Below are positions 57,027-64,000 of a stretch of 64,000 nt of DNA, one piece after another. Positions within the stretch are counted from its first letter, which is position 1, and each line of letters starts with the position of its first letter. The translations under genes were made by a program, and so were the position numbers. The notes beneath the pieces are model-generated. The model was given only the letters and a program-made list of their open reading frames with translations, had not been told where the DNA came from and made no database searches. The stretch comes from Octopus sinensis (lineage: Eukaryota), in NCBI RefSeq assembly GCF_006345805.1, contig NW_021834790.1, positions 16,226 through 80,225 of the forward strand, read 5' to 3'.

Positions 57027-57248
57027 GAAATATTAAAATAACTAAGTCTCTCTAAAAGAGAACAGCGGCAGCGTTCCCGGAAAATAATAGTTATCGCCAT
57101 ACTAATGGCATTCTTATAAAAATAAGAAAAAACTGCCCGCTTATTAGCTCCATGAGGCCATCGCCTTAAGTTAGCTATTTGATACACAAACTGTATCCAT
57201 ATAACCTTCGAACAAGGAGGTCAGTCGCTCCACACTACTTGACCGGCA

Positions 57249-57290
57249 GCTACAGACGCGTTTCGGAGTATTGCCCCTTTTCAATGCAGC
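57249..57290 (-). ncRNA. Minimal type I hammerhead ribozyme, U3-A8 core variant
   Basis: Minus strand: GCTGCA-TTGAAAA-GGGG CAATA CTCC-GAAA-CGCG-TC^-TGTAGC. Stem I has 6 bp, stem II 4 bp, stem III is palindromic and the site is GUC. Confidence 0.7.
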
Positions 57291-57551
57291 GTAGCCAGCC
57301 AGTAGGTGTCGCTTCCTAAATCTTTATTATGATTATAAAAATCTTACAGAGATAGTACATTACAATACAAAACATAATACAAAAAGTTTACGTTGTTCGT
57401 TTGATATTTACATATGTTGATTATTGATTATGATACTAGACTTTACTTTTCTCCTTTTTTTTTTTTTTAAATTAAAATGATTTTGGCCAGCTAGGTAATC
57501 ACAGTCAGGATTCTTACCCGACAGCCTAAGAGCCAGAGACTATTTCTCCCT

Positions 57552-60500
57552 TCATGATGACCAAGCAGGGTTACTCACACCCACCTTTTTTATCACATCC
57601 TTCCATCGATTCACATACTTTTTCTGTGTCAGGTTCCTCTTCTCTAAATCCATCTTGCTCTTTAGATGGTATCTGAAGTATTTTAACATACCATATCCAG
57701 AGACAAAGGTCCTGACACCAAACCTTCCAATCTAGTTCTCCACACACACTCTTTCAGTACTGCCACCGTACAGTGAAAACAAGCCTCACCTTCCTTTGAG
57801 AGTCCAGCTGGCGGTATCATCTTTATATAGAACCAGCCGATAGCTGTACTCGTCCCAGATGCGACAACACGTGTTCTACGTAACTTATTAAGCCTGACAG
57901 CTCCTGACAATGTACAAAAGCGTGCTGGACGGTTTCATCGTCCAACCCACATCTTGGACATGTCGGTGGCACTGACATTCCATGCCTATATAACTTATCG
58001 CGAACAGGTAGAGCATTCCTATAGCACTGCCAAGTCAGGGATTTTTGGTAATTGTCCAAATACCCCGGCTTGAAAGTCTTCTTAAACAGGTCGGATAGTT
58101 GATCCTCATCGAACCCCAGAGCCCCTCTTAGGACGTCGTCATTTTTTGCCTCTACCATCCTTCTATAAAATGTCGAGGTGGTATTCCCGCAGCCGGCTTT
58201 GCCTATCTTGTGGATCAGCCAGAGTGCCTGTCGGCACTCTTTCTGCCATAAAGTCAGGTTCCGTCTTTTAATGAAACCGGGTTTAAATCTCTCCATAGAG
58301 TCCGGTTGCGGGAAGAAGATCTGCCAGCGGACTCCACACCTTATCACCTTCCAGGTGAAACCAGAGATGTCTCAGTCTCAGCGCATGCCTGCGCATCATT
58401 AACCAAGGCATCCCCAGCCCACCCTTTAGTGGTCCTGGCAACACACGGAGCGCCTTACAAGTGGCTTTCCTCCCTTCCACAAAAAGCGGAAAAGGAGTCG
58501 ATCCAACTTGCTTAGCCACAAATCGGGGCAAGGCACGACAGTCAGGCGATAGGTGATTACAGATGCTATAAACACCTGTACCACCTCCGCCCTCCCTTTC
58601 AAGGAAAGATGCCTTCCGGACCACTCCCAAACTATGGCTTCTACCTTGGTCACTACCTCGCTCCAATTTTTCTCCGTCTGGGAGTCTGAACCAAACCAAA
58701 CTCCAAGCAATTTAACAGGACCATCTGTCCAGTGTCCAACAACACTGGACGATATCGGCTTGTTCCTCCAGGTGCCGAGGCGCAAACCAGTGGACTTGTC
58801 CTTGTTAACTTTTGCCCCAGCCACCGCTTCGTATCTTCGGAGAGCACCTTCTACACGAGTTAGTTGTGCTTCGTTGGACACGATGAAGGTGACGTCATCC
58901 GCATACGCAGAAACAGACTTACCGCATCCGATTTCATTAGGATTGCATCTCACCGTCTCCAACTTCCGCAGCAATGGCTCAAGAGCCAAAACGTACAGGA
59001 GAGGGGACAAGGGACATCCTTGACGAACTGAACGCTTAATCGAAAACGGTTCCGTTAAGTAACCGTTTATCTGGACTGTGGACTTGATACCGCTGTACAT
59101 AGCTGATATCCACCCGCGAAAGTCAGGACCTAGCCCAGCCGCTTCGAGAACCGTCGCCAGGTACTGATGATCTACCCTATCAAATGCTTTACTTTGGTCT
59201 AAATGGACCAATGCCCCTCCTTTGCCGGCTAATTGCCCAACCCTGTCTATAGTGTAGCGTAGAAGGTGAAGATTATCTTCGATCGACCTGCCTGGGATTG
59301 CACATGTCTGTGCCTTTCCGACAAGTTTTTCCATGACGACCTTCAACCTTTCTGCTAACACCTTGGCCAAAATCTTTAACTCTACATTAAGTAGAGTTAT
59401 GGGCCTATAATTACTAATATTATCCCCCTTGCTCGGGTCTTTCTGGATCAGCGTCACAACTCCCCGGCTCACAGAACTGGGAATCCTCCCATTCTGTTGC
59501 CAGTTTGCGTAGACGCTTGCCAGTATGTCCCCGAACAAGTCCGGCATACAACAATAAAACTCATAGGGCAGACCATCCAGTCCCGGCGACTTTTCCCGGG
59601 CGCATTCAGCCAAACCCCTCTTACCTCCGCGGGAGTAATCGGTCCTTCACAGCGTTCCGCTCTGCTTGGCGAGAGCCGAGGCCCACCAGCTAGGAAGTTC
59701 TGTAAGTCCTCCCCTCGCTCGAGTGGATCGCCCTCCCCAAACAACCGAGCGAAATGCTGTTGAAAGACCTTCTGTATCTCCTCCTGTCCATAGATTTTGC
59801 GTCCCTGTTCGTCAGTTAAAGACTTAATAGAGGACTTTTTGCCCTTCTGACTCTCCACACGACGTGCCCATCCGGCAACATTAATACCTTCTCGTTTCAC
59901 TGCACGTAGCTTAGCTCTGACTCTACATCCTTCATGCTTGGCATTGAGGTGACGGTACAAGATCGTTCTCTCTGCTAACACTCTAGATGCACAGCCAGAT
60001 CCCATTGCCTCGTCTAAGTTCTTAACTAAATCGCCCTCTATTCTAGTCCTATCTAAACTTAGCTGGTTGCTAAATCTAATGGACTCCAAACGGATGGCTC
60101 TTTTGAGGCGATCCACCATCTATTATTAATGATGGTTCCACATAATGCCCTCTGGACTAATTCCATAATCCGGTTACGGAAAGCTTCACAAGCCAAAATA
60201 GACTTGTTCATTTTCCAGTATCCGGGTCCCTGTCTATGGCATTTATCTACATGTACCTCACACGTCACTAATTTGTGATCCGTGTAAGGCACAATACAAA
60301 TTGTGGACAGCTAATGCTATTCCTATCTCGTTCTTTAACAAATACCCTATCTATATACGATCTGCGTGAGCCGTCATTGTTACTCCACGTCCACTGTGGA
60401 ATGCTCGGCTCATCCATTCGAAACCGATCTACTAGATTAAAGCTCGTCAGTAGACCCTTAAGGCAAGGATTCCCCCTTCTATCAGACGAGCCCACACTAT

Positions 60501-60941
60501 CTATCCGCGCATCGATGATAGTGTTGAAATCCCCTACCAATACTACCGTTTTAGACGTCACTAGAAAGTGCTCCAAGTTCCGATAAAACCAGTCTGCCTA
60601 CCCTCATTAGGAGCATAAACAGCTACCAACCTGAAGGACTGCTTACTTACGTGAGTTACATCGAGGACAACCAGCCTACCTTCTGGGTCCATAAAGACAG
60701 TACTTACCTGTAAGTCCAAGTTCTTCCTGATAAGGACTGCCACGCCTGCACTTCCTCCTCGGCTAGGAGAAATAAATTTCTCGTAACCATTGAGAAGATG
60801 CGAGAACGCTTGGGTTCCTCTCATCTTGGACTCGGTGACAATGGCTACATCTATTCTGTGTGTCCTGAGGTCGTCCAGCAAGCAAGCCTGTTTCCATTTC
60901 GACCCCATTCCACGCACATTTATACAGCCCAACTTAATCAT
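57552..60941 (-). CDS. ORF2: apurinic-like endonuclease, reverse transcriptase and C-terminal zinc finger (broken by about 8 frameshifts in this sequence)
   Basis: INVRG, VYAPN, GDFN, IDRVF and TDHK (APE). KSPGLDGLPYEFY, YRPITLLN, KAFDRVDH, RQGCPLSPLLY and YADD (RT). GGLG and CPRC...ETVQHAFVHC (zinc finger). Confidence 0.9.
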
Positions 60942-60961
60942 CGATGAATGAAGAAAGTTTG

Positions 60962-62443
60962 TTACTTACGGTTGTGAGAGGGAGCATGGCAGCTTTTGTC
61001 TGCCTGCTTCCCCACACTCTCCGTTGTTGCTGGGCATTTAACCGGCGTTGCCACCGGGCTCTGGGATGGAGTGGCTGCCGGGCTAATATTCAATTTTCCA
61101 GCTATCACCTCTTGTGTGACATCTTTAATCAGGTTGTCCCTCACGTGTAGTTGGAAGAGTCTCTCCTTCCATTCCTCCTCTCCAACCTTCGCATACCTCC
61201 AATCCGGGTTTTTTTCCGATGATTTGAAACATTTTATGTTTGGTTTCGCCTTTATGTACCAAACTACTCTCTCGTTTTTTGTGTTATAAGCAATGCACCT
61301 ATCGGTTTTTTTGAATCCTTTTAAAGTTGGGGGCTGGGGTTTAATGAAATGCTGGCCTACAAAGTAGTGCCAGCGGGGTGGGATTGGATAATTTTTTTGT
61401 GTTGTCTCTGCGTTTGTTTTCTTTTTGTTTGGGGTGGGGAGTCCGGGGTATTGGATTTCTTCCTTTGTTTGGTTACAGTCGTATATTCCATTACTTCCAG
61501 TTCTTTTCCATTTGATAAATTATTTTCCACCTCGTTTTCGTTTTCGCTTTGTTTTCCATTCATTTTCTTTTCCTCCTTTTGACTTTCATTTTGCTTTTTC
61601 CGGGTATTCTCTTTTGTTGTTGCTGTGATGTCTGCTTTGTTCTCCACAGCGGTTTGAATGGGGGCATTAACGGGTTTTTTCTTTTTGCACTCTGAGCGGA
61701 CGTGACCCTTCTGCCCACATTTGAAACATCTGGGCCTACGTCCCTCAACCGATACCCGCGCAGTGTGTCCATCCCCCACGAAGACCCTGTCTGGCAAACT
61801 CTCCAGCGTTGCATTGTCAGCTTGAACGATCATTTCAAGCTGCTGACCTTTCCAAAATTTTGCCTCTTTCATCCTCATGTTTAAAATGTTTAATTTCTCT
61901 TCTACGTCGAATACGACCGCTGTTGCTGCCCACATTACATCGTAACCTGTTGGTATATCCTCTATTGTTATCTTAGCTGTTCTGCGCCCTAAGTACGTGG
62001 GCAGCAACAGGATGTCTGCACTCTTCAACGTTTGAGTTGAAATTTCCTTCGCTATGCTAGCCGACTCGAAATGCGCTTCAATAGTAGCGCTTCTCACTCC
62101 TCGGCCAACATAGCGAACCTTGTTCCAAATTGGTGCCATGCACCGTTCTACCAATTCATTTCTTACATCTGCAATCTTTTTTTCCTTAATATTATATACC
62201 TTATAAATTACCGTCTTCTCACGGATTGCTTGTAAGGTGTCAGGGGGCGGTATTATTCTCGTTTCTTCTCCATTCCTTTGTATGAACTTTCTGAACTTGA
62301 AGAGATCCTCCATTGTTACTTCCCAGTTCTATAACATTGCCTCCAACGGCTTCCGAAAAACTTTGTTTCTCCTTTGTATCCTTTTGCTTTATAACTTCTC
62401 CCATCTCGGGAAAATCAGAATTTGACGTTAAGTCAAGATCCAT
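60962..62443 (-). CDS. ORF1: gag-like nucleic-acid-binding protein with a CCHC zinc knuckle (2 frameshifts)
   Basis: CFKCGQKGHVRSEC. Three frame-shifted segments join from MDLDL... (62443) to ...SHNRK* (60962), ending 20 bp before the ORF2 start. Confidence 0.8.
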
Positions 62444-62968
62444 AATAAAATGCAAGTGACTTGTCACAAGAGACAAGATAAAAATTAAATCCACACTGAA
62501 TTAAAGTTCATATATAAAAAGAAATTTTCTACCCCGAAGGGCGAAAATTACTTTGTTTCACAAGTTAATACTCCAAAAATTGTACGTGTAAATCCAGAAC
62601 AGAACGAACTAACATAACAGCTTACAGCGTAAAATAATCCGACGTAATCCAAGGAAAATCAGTAGGTGTCGCTTCCGACAATCTCTGTTCGATGGTTTTA
62701 TTTACCTAGTTTCGGTGGAATACATCCACTTGTTTTCAATAATAGAATATTAAAATAACTAAGTCTCTCTAAAAGAGAACAGCGGCAGCGTTCCGGAAAA
62801 TAATAGTTATCGCCATACTAATATGGCATTCTTATAAAATAAAGAAAAAAGCTGCCCGCTTATTAGCTCCATGAGGCCATCGCCTTAAGTTAGCTATTTG
62901 ATACACAAACTGTATCCATATAACCTTCGAACAAGGGAGGTCAGTCGCTCCACACTACTTGACCGGCA

Positions 62969-63011
62969 GCTACAGACGCGTTTTCGGAGTATTGCCCCTT
63001 TTCAATGCAGC
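62969..63011 (-). ncRNA. Hammerhead motif, unit 2 copy
   Basis: Same as 57249-57290 with one extra A in the GAAA run. Confidence 0.6.
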
Positions 63012-63129
63012 GTAGCCAGCCAGTAGGTGTCGCTTCCGACAATCTCTGTTCGATGGTTTTATTTACCTAGTTTCGGTAAATAAAACCATCGAACAGAGTT
63101 GTCGGAAGCGAACACCTACTGCTGGCTAC

Positions 63130-63170
63130 GCTGCATTGAAAGGGGCAATACTAAGAAACGCGTCTGTACT
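63130..63170 (+). ncRNA. Hammerhead motif in the inverted copy, damaged
   Basis: GCTGCA-TTGAAA-GGGGCAATACTAA-GAAACGCGTC-TGTAC; stem II is disrupted. Confidence 0.45.
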
Positions 63171-63517
63171 GCCGGTCAAGTAGTGGGGAGCGACTGACCT
63201 CCCTTTTCGAAGGTTATATGGATACAGTTTGTGTACAAATAGCTAACTTAGGCGATGGCCTCATGGAGCTAATAAGCGGGCAGCTTTTTTTCTTATTTTA
63301 TAAGAAATGCCATATTAGTATGGCGATAACTATTATATTATATATATATATATATATGATTTGTTTTACGCATGTAGTATTTATTGATCTCCTCTCTATC
63401 AATGTGTTGTTTGGCATAATGTTTTGTATGTATGTATACAATATATATATATGTCCATGTTATGCATGTACTTATTTACATATATGTATGTATGCATGTA
63501 TATATATATGTATGTAT

Positions 63518-63548
<31 letters not shown>

Positions 63549-64000
63549 TATAATAATATATATATATAGGGAGCATGTATAACATGTGAGTACGTATGTT
63601 ATGATGTGTATGTATGTGTGGGTGTATGTATTTGTGTATGTACGTACTTACGTTGTATGTATGTATGTATGTATGTTATGTATATATGCGGTGTATGTTG
63701 CATGTGTGGTATGTAGTATTATGTCTGTATGTATGTAGGAAGTTGCAATTCTGCGCTCAGAATTGTAATACTTCGAGGTCAGCTTGTCTTATCCATCCTG
63801 GAGCTATCGAATTAAAAAACCCATCGAAGAAGATGGATTCGCAGATATTTACGGGTCGGGTAACACATCTTCTTGCGATGTTTTCTTCCAGCATTGAACA
63901 TTTTGATAAGACGCTTGCCGGTACAAATGTATTTGTATATTAACAAAGAGTCAAAGGTCTTTAGTTGTCATATCACTAATATGCGCATGGAGAGCGGAAA

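Larger units (their letters stand above)
57317..62659 (-). mobile_element. Full-length Tx1-group (L1 clade) non-LTR retrotransposon, 5343 bp
   Basis: Two ORFs (CCHC ORF1; APE-RT-zinc-finger ORF2). The 17-bp TSD CAGTAGGTGTCGCTTCC lies at 57300-57316 and 62660-62676. AATAAA precedes the 3' end and there is no poly(A). Confidence 0.92.
57021..63335 (-). repeat. 361-bp hammerhead-bearing tandem repeat (retrozyme/PLE pLTR-like) with a terminal inverted copy; first unit split by the Tx1 element
   Basis: Unit 1 is 57021-57316 plus 62660-62739. Unit 2 is 62740-63077 and the inverted partial copy is 63076-63335. (TA)n flanks both sides. Confidence 0.85.

Noticed and set aside
58553-59023. 156-aa plus-strand ORF
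   Set aside because: It is the antisense shadow of the RT coding region.

Overview
This is repeat-saturated, AT-rich animal genomic DNA. It is inferred to be an octopus-type cephalopod from its tRNA-derived SINE families and extreme microsatellite load. No host protein-coding gene can be supported with confidence, and most entries in the ORF track are translated microsatellites. The window holds dozens of SINE copies from four families, fragments of restriction-like-endonuclease (R4/Dong-type) LINEs, a decayed mariner, Tc1/mariner-type MITEs, a non-autonomous Helitron and several minisatellites. It also holds many Penelope-like/retrozyme-type repeats sitting in (TA)n tracts that carry type I hammerhead ribozyme (HHR) motifs. 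The standout is a full-length 5.3-kb Tx1-group (L1 clade) retrotransposon (57317-62659, minus strand) with a 17-bp target-site duplication and no poly(A) tail. It sits inside a 361-bp HHR-bearing tandem repeat, on the same strand as the ribozymes, with an intact empty target site one unit away. This suggests a LINE that targets hammerhead-ribozyme repeats and could have its RNA ends cut by them; that is a hypothesis from a single locus. All coordinates and pairings were read by eye and may be off by a few bases.
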